A DNA stretch of 64,000 nucleotides, from positions 1-64,000 of the forward strand of contig JBMNJG010000002.1 in assembly GCA_050951545.1 (NCBI GenBank), read 5' to 3'. The position numbers were made by a program, and so were the translations under genes. Within the stretch, counting starts at the first letter, position 1. Every line of letters starts with the position of its first letter. Source of the stretch: Limnochordia bacterium. GTDB taxonomy: Bacteria; Bacillota; Limnochordia; DTU080. Below the pieces are notes generated by a model, which saw only the letters and a list, made by a program, of their open reading frames with translations, did not search any database and had not been told where the DNA came from. Of the stretch, positions 48,296 to 57,840 are shown one piece after another.

Positions 48296-49594
48296 GTGTC
48301 GAGACGGCTACTCCCATGGGAGCGCCAAGGGATTCTTGTTGTTGTCAGCCTAACCATTCTTCTCTCGTCCTTTTCTTTGACCTTCGCCGCTGAAGAATCC
48401 ATCGAATTCATGTACCTCGCCGGGGGGGAATCTTGGGAAGAGGCCTATCGCACGCTGACTGACGCCTTTGAAGCGGCTAATCCGGATGTCAAGGTGAACA
48501 GATTGCGAGTCCAAGATGGCTACGGTACCCGTCTCGTCGCACTAATCGCCTCGGGGACAGTGCCGGACGTCCTAGCTCTGGACATGCACGACATCATGAG
48601 CTTTGGTGACGAACGCTTTCTGTACGACCTCAACCCCTTCATCCGGAAGACACCTGAGTACCAGATCAAAAGAGTAGCTCCACCGCTTCTTGATATGTAT
48701 ACCGTGGACGGCAAGCTTTTCGCGGCCCCTAGCTCAGCCAACCCCTCCCTCTATGTCTACAATATCGATCTCTTTGACAGAGCAGGCGTAGCTCATCCGG
48801 TGGATCTGTACAGAGCGGATGCCTGGGACTGGTCCGCCTTTCGCGACATGGCGCGCAAGGTTACGCGCAAAGAAGCCGATGGTCGCTTTTCTGTCGTTGG
48901 AGCTTCACTTCATCTGCCTCGTGTCTGGATTGCCGCAAACGGTGGTCGTGAATTCGATGACTCCAAACGACCCACACAGAGCTTCTATGATAGCCAAGCC
49001 AGCATCGAAGCCATCGAATTCATACATAGCATGATCTGGCAAGACGAGGCCATGCTGCCTGCCGGCAGAATAGCGGGTCAAGTCGGGGCCAATGATGTCG
49101 TTGGCTTTGCGCAAGGCAAAGTGGGTATGTCGAGTCGCTGGATCTCCTACGTCCCGCAGTTCACCCAGGGAGCCTCCGATGTGGGCCTGGTACCTTATCC
49201 TAAGGGACCAACACCACAAGGGCGCTACGCTACCGACTTGGGCAGCTGGGGTATTGCTATCAGTCAGCAGACCAAGCACCTTGACGCTGCCTGGCGCTAC
49301 GTCTCTTATATCACCGGACCCATCGGATGTGCTATTGACGCCAAGATGCCTGGAAAAACCCCTCCTCGTCCTATGCACCTAGGCTGGCTGCCTGCACAGA
49401 TAGAGAATCCGGAGATCTATCCTGACCTGCTAGTTAGCGGTATCGTGCGTGTCATCTCTCACGATCGGAAGAACCTCCAGAGCATCATTGACCGCGGGAT
49501 GAACATGGTTTGGGCCAACACCGTGGAACCCAAATCAGCGGCAAGCGAGATCACTCGCCAGATTAACGCTTTCCTAAAGCAAACCCCCCAGTGA
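48296..49594 (+). CDS. Sugar ABC transporter solute-binding protein (tandem copy 2)
   Basis: Near-identical to 46789-48084; GTG start aligned with that gene's ATG. Confidence 0.92.
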   Translation: MSRRLLPWERQGILVVVSLTILLSSFSLTFAAEESIEFMYLAGGESWEEAYRTLTDAFEAANPDVKVNRLRVQDGYGTRLVALIASGTVPDVLALDMHDIMSFGDERFLYDLNPFIRKTPEYQIKRVAPPLLDMYTVDGKLFAAPSSANPSLYVYNIDLFDRAGVAHPVDLYRADAWDWSAFRDMARKVTRKEADGRFSVVGASLHLPRVWIAANGGREFDDSKRPTQSFYDSQASIEAIEFIHSMIWQDEAMLPAGRIAGQVGANDVVGFAQGKVGMSSRWISYVPQFTQGASDVGLVPYPKGPTPQGRYATDLGSWGIAISQQTKHLDAAWRYVSYITGPIGCAIDAKMPGKTPPRPMHLGWLPAQIENPEIYPDLLVSGIVRVISHDRKNLQSIIDRGMNMVWANTVEPKSAASEITRQINAFLKQTPQ

Positions 49595-49600
49595 AATGGC

Positions 49601-49637
49601 AAGGGCCGATATGCAGGAGACAGCACGTCGGCCTTTT
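49601..49637. terminator. Terminator between convergent SBP and GH20
   Basis: AAGGGCCGA...TCGGCCTTTT. Confidence 0.55.
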
Positions 49638-49697
49638 CATTTCTGGTCGGTTAGGGAGGGGCAGCAAAGCTGTCCCTCCTCGGTATTCCAGCTTACA

Positions 49698-51584
49698 CTA
49701 ACGCACCACCATCTGGCTTCCCGAGACAATGCGGCCCTGCACATAACAACCCACACCCATTCCTGGCCGACCGTTGAAGTACAGACGCTCCTCGTCAAGT
49801 TCTTCAATCTGAGACAATCGGCCATCGAGAAACATGCCTACCAGGGTTATGGCGCTGTCAATACGAGCAAGCAACGCGCCGTAGCGCATATCGAGTACAT
49901 CCCAGCCAAACGGCTTGTACAGGGCCAGCCACTGATCGCGATGGCAGTCTCGCAGGTTCTTGACGCGTGCGGCAAGCTCGGGCAACTCAGTATCTGCCAG
50001 ATGGCGTAGCGCCTCACGGTCGCCCGCCCGATAGGCTTGTGTGAGCCGCAGGCCCATCTCTGCTTTTGAGGATAATACGCGACTGACCCGAGACACGTAT
50101 TCGAAAAGCATGTTGTACTGCCCGTTTCGACCGCAGCCTGCCTGCAGCGTCTGGGTCAGTTGAGCATAGTGCTCCGACAAGGGTACGCCCTCTAGGTGTT
50201 TGTCAAAGAGGCCCATGAGGAGGTCTTGATACATCAGGAACTTACTGGCATTACCGCTGCCTGCGCCAGGGATCTCATCTAGATACTTGATGTTGATAAA
50301 GTCATCGTAACAAGCACCTGTACAGAACTCAAAGCGACGCTGCAATTTGTCTTGATCTAGGCCCTCGGCATAGCCGTGTTCTGCAAACAGCTGCATACCA
50401 AGCAGGGTGGCATAGATATGACACTCGCTGCCATAGCCGCCCCATGTGGTGGCGAATACTTCCCTGATGCCCTCCTGCTTGCAGGCATTGAGCGCAGCGT
50501 TGGTGGTCCGAAAACTGGCATTCCAGTTGACGGCAAAGCTAGTCCAGTTCCAGATGCCACCAGCGAAAATGGGATCTGAACCAAACTCGCGATGCCGCTT
50601 GATGTACTCACGATAGAACCCTTCATCATAGTGGTAGTAATCCCAGTAGACTAACTGCACACCAGCAGGCATGGCGGCAAGCACATGAGGAGGAATGGCG
50701 GCATCGAGATCATAATAACCGCCTGTTTTTGAGGCTGCCCGGAAGTACATATCACTCCAGATCATGGGCTTTAGGCCGTGCTTCTCCACAATCTGCAGCA
50801 CTCGGGCCAAATGCTCATTCATCAGATCAAACTTACTACGCAAGCCATGCTGCCGGAAATAGGCGCCCAGGCCCAAGCGCAAAGCCTCGTCCATGCCAAT
50901 GTGGATGCGCTTGCTACGAAAAGGCTCAGAGGCAGCTACGATTAGCCGCTCAATAAACTCGTAGACCTTCTCGTTTCCGACTAGCAATGTGGTATCGTCA
51001 TCTTTCATCGCGGCATAGGCTGGCCACTGTAACACAGTAGTAAGGTGAGCCAGTGTTTGCATGCAGGGAATCATCTCGATGCCAAAAAGGGCAGCGAAGT
51101 CGTCGCACTCTTTGAGTTCGTCAGCGGTATATCTGCCGCGCATGTAACCGAAGTAGGGTTCACCTTCCACCACGTAGTTGTCCTCGGTGTATAGCATGAA
51201 CATGTTGAGGCCCATCATGGCCATGCGCTTAAGGATGTTCTTGACAGTGGCCACCTGGGGTACAGCGTTGTTCTGAGAGACATCGAACATCGCTCCGTTG
51301 GTGGTAAACTGAGGCACTTCGGTGATCGATATCTCCTGACTACCAGCCCCTAGCTCCTCGAGTAGCAAACCAAGGCCACGGAAGAAATGCGCTCTCTCCG
51401 AGTAGCGAATCTCCGCCCGATCGCCTCGTTTGTTGACACAAATGGGCGAACCAGCGTGTTGCTCGACATGGACCAAGAGCCCATCAGGCGAAAGGTCGAA
51501 GTTGAAGTCGGGTGCAAGCAAGCGAACACCATCCATACAGTCTTGGATATCACCCTGCAGGTTTATGCGTTGGTAGGCATGCAT
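49698..51584 (-). CDS. GH20 beta-N-acetylhexosaminidase (GcnA-like), cytoplasmic
   Basis: LYTED..PYFGYMRGRY, EMIPCMQTLAH, HIGMDEA catalytic pair, MIWSDMYFR, LVYWDYYH. Confidence 0.92.
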   Translation of the reverse strand: MHAYQRINLQGDIQDCMDGVRLLAPDFNFDLSPDGLLVHVEQHAGSPICVNKRGDRAEIRYSERAHFFRGLGLLLEELGAGSQEISITEVPQFTTNGAMFDVSQNNAVPQVATVKNILKRMAMMGLNMFMLYTEDNYVVEGEPYFGYMRGRYTADELKECDDFAALFGIEMIPCMQTLAHLTTVLQWPAYAAMKDDDTTLLVGNEKVYEFIERLIVAASEPFRSKRIHIGMDEALRLGLGAYFRQHGLRSKFDLMNEHLARVLQIVEKHGLKPMIWSDMYFRAASKTGGYYDLDAAIPPHVLAAMPAGVQLVYWDYYHYDEGFYREYIKRHREFGSDPIFAGGIWNWTSFAVNWNASFRTTNAALNACKQEGIREVFATTWGGYGSECHIYATLLGMQLFAEHGYAEGLDQDKLQRRFEFCTGACYDDFINIKYLDEIPGAGSGNASKFLMYQDLLMGLFDKHLEGVPLSEHYAQLTQTLQAGCGRNGQYNMLFEYVSRVSRVLSSKAEMGLRLTQAYRAGDREALRHLADTELPELAARVKNLRDCHRDQWLALYKPFGWDVLDMRYGALLARIDSAITLVGMFLDGRLSQIEELDEERLYFNGRPGMGVGCYVQGRIVSGSQMVVR

Positions 51585-51607
51585 CGAGCCCAGACCCCCC
51601 GTGAAAC

Positions 51608-53500
51608 TCATTGTCTGCTGACAGACGTAATGCGCTCTTGCCGAATGCAGGTCACGTTCAACCCGGATTGGCCATTGAAAGAGAGTCGCTCCTGTTCTAA
51701 CTCAGCGATACGGGACAGTCGACCATCCAGGTAGCGGCTAATCTGCTCGCTGGCGCTGTCGATGCGCGCTAGAAGAGCGCCATACCTCATGTCCATGATG
51801 TCCCAGCCAAATGCCTTGTACAGCATCAGCCACTGGTCGCGATGACAGGCCCGTAGATCCCGCACTCGTCGGGTGAGTTCCGACAACTCCGTATCCACTA
51901 AGCGCTGCAACTCTTGCCTGTGACCTGCTCGGTAGGCCCGAGTAATCCTGATACCCATGTCGGCCTTCAAGGCTAACACATGACTAACGCGGGAGAGATA
52001 CTCAAAGACCAGGCCATACTCTCCGTTGCGGTTGATCCCCTCTTGTAGCGTCTGAGTGAGCTCAGAGTAATGTTGGGCTAGCGGCAAGCCGACAATGTGG
52101 TAATCAAAAAGGCCTGTAAGGAGATCTTGCCACATCAGATATTTGCTGGGATTGCTGCGCTTCAAGTTGCCAGGTTCTGTGCCTGGCACTTCATCTAGAT
52201 AGGTGATGTTCACGAAATCCTCAAAGCAGCCCCCCGTACAGAACTCGAAACGGCGTTGTAGTTTCCCCATGGAGAGCTGGCGTGCGTAGCCATGCTCAGC
52301 ATAGAGCTGCATTCCTAGGAGCGTTGCATAGATGGTACACTCGGTGCCAAATCCGCCCCACATGGTGGTGAATACTTCCTTCAGACCTTCTTGCTTGCAG
52401 GCATTGAGTGCAGCGTTGGTGGTAGCCAACGTTTTGCCCCAATTGACAGTGAAGCTAATCCAGCTCCATACGCAGCCAGCAAACAATGGATCTGAGCCAA
52501 ACTGACGATGCCGCCTGATGTACTCACGGTAAGACGCCTCGTCGGTGTGGTTGTAATCCCAGTAGACCAGTTGCACACCTTGGGGCATGGCAGCGATCAC
52601 TTCCGCCGGAATGCTGGCGTTGAGATCATAGTAACTGCCCCAAGGTGAAGCCGCCCGGAAGTACATATCACTCCAGATCATGGGCTTTAGACCGTGTTTC
52701 TCCACAATCTGAAGCACTTCGGCCAAGTGCTCATTCATCAAGTCGAACTTGCTGCGCAGGCCTTGCTGTTGCAGAGTAGTACCCAATCCCAGCTTCCACG
52801 CTTCATCCATACCAATGTGGATACGCTTGCTGCGAAATGGGGCCGAAGCTGCCACAACCATGCGCTCGACGAATTCGTACACTTTGTCGCTGCCTACCAG
52901 AAGCGTGCTCTCATCTTCTCGCATGTCGGTATAAGGTGGCCATTTGAGCACGTTGGTGAGGTGAGCCAGCGTTTGCATGCAGGGAATCATCTCGATGCCA
53001 AACAGAGCAGCAAACTCGTCGCACTCTTTGAGTTCATCGAAGGTGTACTTGCTGCGGGCATAGCCGAAATACGGCTCGCCTTCAACGACATAGTTGTCTT
53101 CAGTGTAGAGCATGAACATATTGAGACCCATCACAGCCATACGCTTGAGGATGCTTTTCACCGTAGCGACACGGGGCACGGCGTTTCCTTGCGAAACATC
53201 GAACATGGCCCCGTTAGTAGCAAACTGTGGCTCTTCAGTAATGGATATCTCCTGGAACCCCGCCTGTAGTTGCTCAAGGAGCAACCCGAAAGCACGGAAA
53301 AAGTGCACCTTCTCTGCATAGCGAATGGCAGCCTGGTTGCCCTGCTTACTTACGACGATCGGGCTTCCATCGCGTTGCTCCACCTGTACACAGAGCCCGT
53401 CTGGGGCCAGCTCGAAGTAGTAGTCAGGAGCTAGATGCTGCAGGCCCTCCAAGCAGTCTTGGATATCACCTTGCAGGTTTAACCGACAGATTGGTTTCAT
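51608..53500 (-). CDS. GH20 beta-N-acetylhexosaminidase (GcnA-like), tandem paralog
   Basis: Same motifs (HIGMDEA, MIWSDMYFR); ATG 53500 behind GGAGG. Confidence 0.92.
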   Translation of the reverse strand: MKPICRLNLQGDIQDCLEGLQHLAPDYYFELAPDGLCVQVEQRDGSPIVVSKQGNQAAIRYAEKVHFFRAFGLLLEQLQAGFQEISITEEPQFATNGAMFDVSQGNAVPRVATVKSILKRMAVMGLNMFMLYTEDNYVVEGEPYFGYARSKYTFDELKECDEFAALFGIEMIPCMQTLAHLTNVLKWPPYTDMREDESTLLVGSDKVYEFVERMVVAASAPFRSKRIHIGMDEAWKLGLGTTLQQQGLRSKFDLMNEHLAEVLQIVEKHGLKPMIWSDMYFRAASPWGSYYDLNASIPAEVIAAMPQGVQLVYWDYNHTDEASYREYIRRHRQFGSDPLFAGCVWSWISFTVNWGKTLATTNAALNACKQEGLKEVFTTMWGGFGTECTIYATLLGMQLYAEHGYARQLSMGKLQRRFEFCTGGCFEDFVNITYLDEVPGTEPGNLKRSNPSKYLMWQDLLTGLFDYHIVGLPLAQHYSELTQTLQEGINRNGEYGLVFEYLSRVSHVLALKADMGIRITRAYRAGHRQELQRLVDTELSELTRRVRDLRACHRDQWLMLYKAFGWDIMDMRYGALLARIDSASEQISRYLDGRLSRIAELEQERLSFNGQSGLNVTCIRQERITSVSRQ

Positions 53501-53593
53501 GGCTGGCAGACCTCCGTGGTTAACACTCATGTGACGCGAGATGCTTCTCCACGGAGAGCTGGGAATCCTATGGCAGCAAATCACAGGGACTGC

Positions 53594-53805
53594 AGATATC
53601 CCATCCCCTATGGCGCAGAAGGTCGTTAAGCAGGCCGTCATTCTGGCTCTGGTCTAGTTCCGGGTTCATGGAAACGAGGTTGTAGCGCACTGCCCGGCGA
53701 TCAAGGGCCAGGGGAACGAGTTGGTTAGCCAGTCCCCGGTTCGAGTGCGTTACTGCCGTTGAAACACAAGAGGATGGTCCACTTGCTCCGGGAACAGTTG
53801 ACCAT
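53594..53805 (-). pseudogene. Internally deleted remnant of the clostripain-like gene
   Basis: MVNCSRSKWTILLCFNGSNALEP (matches the 5' end of the 56398 gene) joined out of frame to LVPLALDRRAVRYNLVSMNP..LLRHRGWDI (matches its 3' end). Confidence 0.85.
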
Positions 53806-53837
53806 CCTCACCACCACCTAAGAGTCTTGTCGTGGCG

Positions 53838-54881
53838 TCATTGGCATTCTAACCACTTGATGCCTCGGCTACGACCGGGAACGGGAACAAAAACAGTGAT
53901 AAATGCAGACTCCCAGTAGTAGATCATCTGACTGCTATCCACGGCAGTGATGCTGAAAAGGTAGTCTCCCGGGGCTGTTCCCGAAGGCACCGTGATGGTG
54001 ATAGCAAATGGCGCATCCACTCCAGTTAGCCCACTATACGAGGATGGAACGCTGGTGAGCCAGGGTTCAAATCCGAAACTGGCCTCCAAGTGCAGATTAT
54101 CAATCGTCAGCTGGGTAAGGGCAGCCTTGATGGCGCCTACCACCTGATTAACGAAGTCTGCTGTGTTGAGTTGGAAGGCATGACCACCTGTAATGCCTGT
54201 CCAGTACCCCCAGTACTCTAGTGCCCCGCTCGACGCATGAGCTTCGATTAGTGTAATGCGGTTGCCTGCCATGGCAGCCAAGACCTGCTGCAGATCCAGA
54301 TCATCGGGGGTATCCTGCTTTTCATCTCGGCCCGGGTCACCCCCGGTCGACCATGGCGGATAGCCTTCGCGGCCTGGAACACCTTCGTTGAGATTGCAGT
54401 CGTGAGGAACACTATCGGCGAAATTGACCAGAATCCTTTTCGCAGAAGCACGCCAGCTGACGTTGGGATCGGCATAGCTCTCGTAGAATACGCGGGTGTA
54501 ACACTGGGGAGAATCCCCGCCGTTTCCCAGTGCGAGACCATTAATGGTGTTCGCCACCGCCTCTCTATCTGCTGTAACAGCTCGATCCACACGGTAGGGA
54601 TAGTCCCCGGCGCTCCCGTAGCATGCGCTGTACCCGCAATAGTCATCGTAGCAATGTGGGTAATCCATATAGGAAATAACACCATAGTTAATATCAATGC
54701 CCAAGGCATCAAGTTGGGCCATTAGTTCTGCAGCCTTGGACTTCGCCGTATCGATAACAGTCGTCATAGTACTAGCAAGGCCAAACGCAAAGACTACGTC
54801 GGCCATGGGCGAAAACAAAGGAATACCCACTACCCTATTTTCGCTGGTCGACATACCCGCCTGTAACGTAGCCTTTATCAT
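53838..54881 (-). CDS. vWA-domain protein, copy 2 (MIDAS altered)
   Basis: Paralog of 56421; DVVFAFGLASTM replaces DVVFAFDLTGSM; ends PGRSRGIKWLECQ. Confidence 0.8.
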   Translation of the reverse strand: MIKATLQAGMSTSENRVVGIPLFSPMADVVFAFGLASTMTTVIDTAKSKAAELMAQLDALGIDINYGVISYMDYPHCYDDYCGYSACYGSAGDYPYRVDRAVTADREAVANTINGLALGNGGDSPQCYTRVFYESYADPNVSWRASAKRILVNFADSVPHDCNLNEGVPGREGYPPWSTGGDPGRDEKQDTPDDLDLQQVLAAMAGNRITLIEAHASSGALEYWGYWTGITGGHAFQLNTADFVNQVVGAIKAALTQLTIDNLHLEASFGFEPWLTSVPSSYSGLTGVDAPFAITITVPSGTAPGDYLFSITAVDSSQMIYYWESAFITVFVPVPGRSRGIKWLECQ

Positions 54882-55180
54882 AGGGCATACCTCTTTCTAC
54901 TAGCCTAGTGTACCGAAAAGCAGCTTCCCAAGTGGCGTTGGCACGCATCGCGTTCTTGCCAGTACATCCTACGCGCTGTGCGACAGACGTGAATGAGTAC
55001 GAAGGCCCAACCCCGCGATATTGATTGTCCAACGCGATGCCCAGTGATCACACAACTGCTGGGTACTGTGTCCGTCTGTTTGAGCAGGATTTGGGATCTG
55101 TGTAAGTCTCTGTGGAGCCCCCCACGCAAACCACGCTCCCATAGGTCTGTGGGCGAGTTCAGACCCATGCTGGTCGCATT

Positions 55181-56398
55181 CTATATATCCCATCCCTTAT
55201 GGCGCAGAAGTTCGTCAAGCAGGCTGTCAATCTGGCTCTCGTTCAGTGCCGGATTCATAGAAGCGAGATTGCTACGCACTACCCGGCGATCAAGGGCCAG
55301 GGGAAGGAGTTCGTGGTGAGCACTAGGTGCTGGGGGCGTGTATGTCGTGCCAGCCTTCCCCTGCAGCATCTCAAACCAGAGATTGGATTGGCCAAACGCC
55401 AGGCGGTGATAGAGCCTGACTTTGTCGGGGTCATCAAGAAGACTCACCGCCACAGTGATTGGCGCTGAGAGCTCGTCAGTAGCTTTGCAGCAGATAATCA
55501 GTGATGACAGACATTCCCGAAGCTCTGCAGCTACAGCGTACCACGGATCATCGCGGTGTGGGGTGTTCACCAGCCGCGACAATGGCGGCCCACTGCCCTG
55601 CCCACTATCTAGGTACATGGCGGCCAGATCACTGAAAAGCTGCTTGAGCGCGGGCGATCTGTGTCGGAGTCCAAACGGTAGGCAACCAGGTCTGCGGGAA
55701 ATGGCCTCGACAATCTGCCGGCAGGCATCCATCGGCCCATTCCCATATACGTTTTCCCTCATTACACGAATCAGTTGGGAGTAGGGCATCCCTCCTAGCG
55801 GTGCCTGGCCAGCATGAGTAATGACCGCTCTGGTGCAGCAACCCTCTCCGCCGATTTCATAGAGAACCTCAATGCAGTTACAGTAGCAGCTATCCAGAAC
55901 CAGTATGTCAATCTCCTTGCTCAGGCGCTGGCCAACCAGACGTAGACTAGCAGCCATCTCTGGGATCCCCAGGATATATGGCTTCTCCTGGCTGTAGTCC
56001 GTCATGATACCGACATACTGGTAGCCATGTCCGCTCAAGACCAGCATGTAGTGGTCAGCCGGATAAGCTTGCATACCCCAAGACAGGAAGTCGCAGAGTT
56101 GCCGTGGATCCGCCATATTGACCTTGTCGAGTTGCTGCACCAGTACTGGCTTTCCCCTTGCCAACTGATAGCGCCTTACTCCAAGCCACCTCGCAGCCTC
56201 GAGCGGAATACCATCGGATGGACGCATGAGTCTAGCCAGCCTCCGATCCTCCCTGCCTAACTGCAACACGACGCGGATATTAACGCCGGCATCAACTGAT
56301 GCTGCCAGTGCCTTCGCATTCCACATCTCCGGCTCGAGTTCGTTGTTGCCATTAAAGTACAAGAGGATGGTCCACTTGCTCTGGGAACAGTTGACCAT
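55181..56398 (-). CDS. Clostripain-related cysteine peptidase (C11)
   Basis: KWTILLYFNGNNELE, NMADPRQLCDFLSWG..YPADHYMLVLSGHG (His), ILVLDSC (Cys), IEVLYEI; no signal peptide. Confidence 0.85.
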   Translation of the reverse strand: MVNCSQSKWTILLYFNGNNELEPEMWNAKALAASVDAGVNIRVVLQLGREDRRLARLMRPSDGIPLEAARWLGVRRYQLARGKPVLVQQLDKVNMADPRQLCDFLSWGMQAYPADHYMLVLSGHGYQYVGIMTDYSQEKPYILGIPEMAASLRLVGQRLSKEIDILVLDSCYCNCIEVLYEIGGEGCCTRAVITHAGQAPLGGMPYSQLIRVMRENVYGNGPMDACRQIVEAISRRPGCLPFGLRHRSPALKQLFSDLAAMYLDSGQGSGPPLSRLVNTPHRDDPWYAVAAELRECLSSLIICCKATDELSAPITVAVSLLDDPDKVRLYHRLAFGQSNLWFEMLQGKAGTTYTPPAPSAHHELLPLALDRRVVRSNLASMNPALNESQIDSLLDELLRHKGWDI

Positions 56399-56420
56399 CC
56401 TCAACACCACCTTGGGGTTT

Positions 56421-57464
56421 CTACCACGTGATGCCTCGGCTACGACCGGGAACAGTAATGGTTACCAATTGCTCGCCGTAGCTCACTCCACTGCTATCCA
56501 CGGCAGTGATGGTGAAGCTGTAGACTCCCGGGGTGGTTCCCGGCGGCACCGTAATGGTGATAACAAACGGCACATCCAATCCAGTTGGCCCACTGTATGA
56601 GGGTGGAACCACACTGACTAGCCAGGATTCATATCCAGCACTCGCCTCCAAGTGCAGATCATCAACCGTCGGCTGTGTGAGAGCAGCTTGGATGGCGGCT
56701 ACCACCTGAGCAACGAAGTTGGCGGTGTCGAGTTGGAAGGTGTCACCACCTGTGATGCCTGTCCAATACTCCCAGTACTCCAGGGCAAAGTCTGACGCAT
56801 GGGCTTCGATTAGTATAACGCCGTTGGCTACCATGTCAGCCAAGACCTGCTGCAGATCCAGATCATCGGCGGTGTCCTGGAGTTCGTCTCGGCCCGGGTC
56901 ACCTCCGGTCGACCATGGCGGATCGCCTTCGTGGCCTGGAACACCTTCGTTCAGGCTGCAGTCGTGAGGAACGTTATCGGCGAAGTTGACCAGTATTCTC
57001 TTGGCACCGGGACGCCAGCTGACGTTGGGATCGGCATAGCTCTCGTAGAATATGCGGGTGTAATCCTGGGGGCTATCCTCGCCAAATCCCAGTACGAGAC
57101 CGTTAATGGTGTTCACCACTGCTGTTCTGTCTGCTGTAACAGCTTGATCCAGATTGTAGGCATAATCTCCCGCTGCTGCGTCACCGTAGCATGCGGTGTA
57201 CCCGCAGTAATCAGTGTAGCAATGTGGGTAATCCATATAGGAAATAACACCGTAGTTGATATCGATGCCAAGAGCATCCAGTTGGGTCATTAGTGCTTCG
57301 GCCTGGTTTTTGGCGGTATCGATAACATTCGTCATACTACCAGTAAGGTCAAACGCAAAGACCACGTCAGCCTGGGGCGGAAGCATGGGAACACCTACTA
57401 CCTTATCCTCGCTAATCGACATACCCGCCTGTAACGTAGCCATCAGTGTTGAGGGGGTTATCAT
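56421..57464 (-). CDS. vWA-domain protein with C-terminal Ig-like domain, copy 1
   Basis: MIDAS DVVFAFDLTGSM, YGVISYMDYP, GEDSPQD, WRPGAKRILVNFADNVPH; ITVPPGTTPGVY Ig-like strand; ends PGRSRGITW. Confidence 0.85.
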   Translation of the reverse strand: MITPSTLMATLQAGMSISEDKVVGVPMLPPQADVVFAFDLTGSMTNVIDTAKNQAEALMTQLDALGIDINYGVISYMDYPHCYTDYCGYTACYGDAAAGDYAYNLDQAVTADRTAVVNTINGLVLGFGEDSPQDYTRIFYESYADPNVSWRPGAKRILVNFADNVPHDCSLNEGVPGHEGDPPWSTGGDPGRDELQDTADDLDLQQVLADMVANGVILIEAHASDFALEYWEYWTGITGGDTFQLDTANFVAQVVAAIQAALTQPTVDDLHLEASAGYESWLVSVVPPSYSGPTGLDVPFVITITVPPGTTPGVYSFTITAVDSSGVSYGEQLVTITVPGRSRGITW

Positions 57465-57840
57465 AGGGCATACCTCTTTCTATTGGTCCAGCATACCTAA
57501 CAACAGGTTCCCGAGTGGCACTGGCATGCATCGCGATCTTGCCGGTACATCCTACGCGCTGTGTGCCACAGGCGCATGAGTACGAAGGCTCAACTTTGCG
57601 ATATTGGTCCTTTGGTGGGATGCTACCCGGACCTGGGTAACGGCCCGCAGGAAAGCGTGGAACTAGCATACCTCTCAGCAAAGTGGCGGGGCCGGCGTGC
57701 ACGAAACAGCGCGTCGACCCTGTCATTTCAGGTCACCCAATTATTTACCGTCCAATGCCAAATATCACTATACTATCATCAAGACCTTATTCCGGACAAG
57801 ATCCACCAATTGGTGTCTGACTAGACCACTGAGGAGGCAG

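Noticed and set aside
57545-57600. Sporulation sigma (E/K) promoter upstream of the vWA genes (CGTAGGATGTA on the minus strand)
   Set aside because: Conserved in both copies but only a weak match to CATAnnnT with poor -35 spacing; not enough to call.
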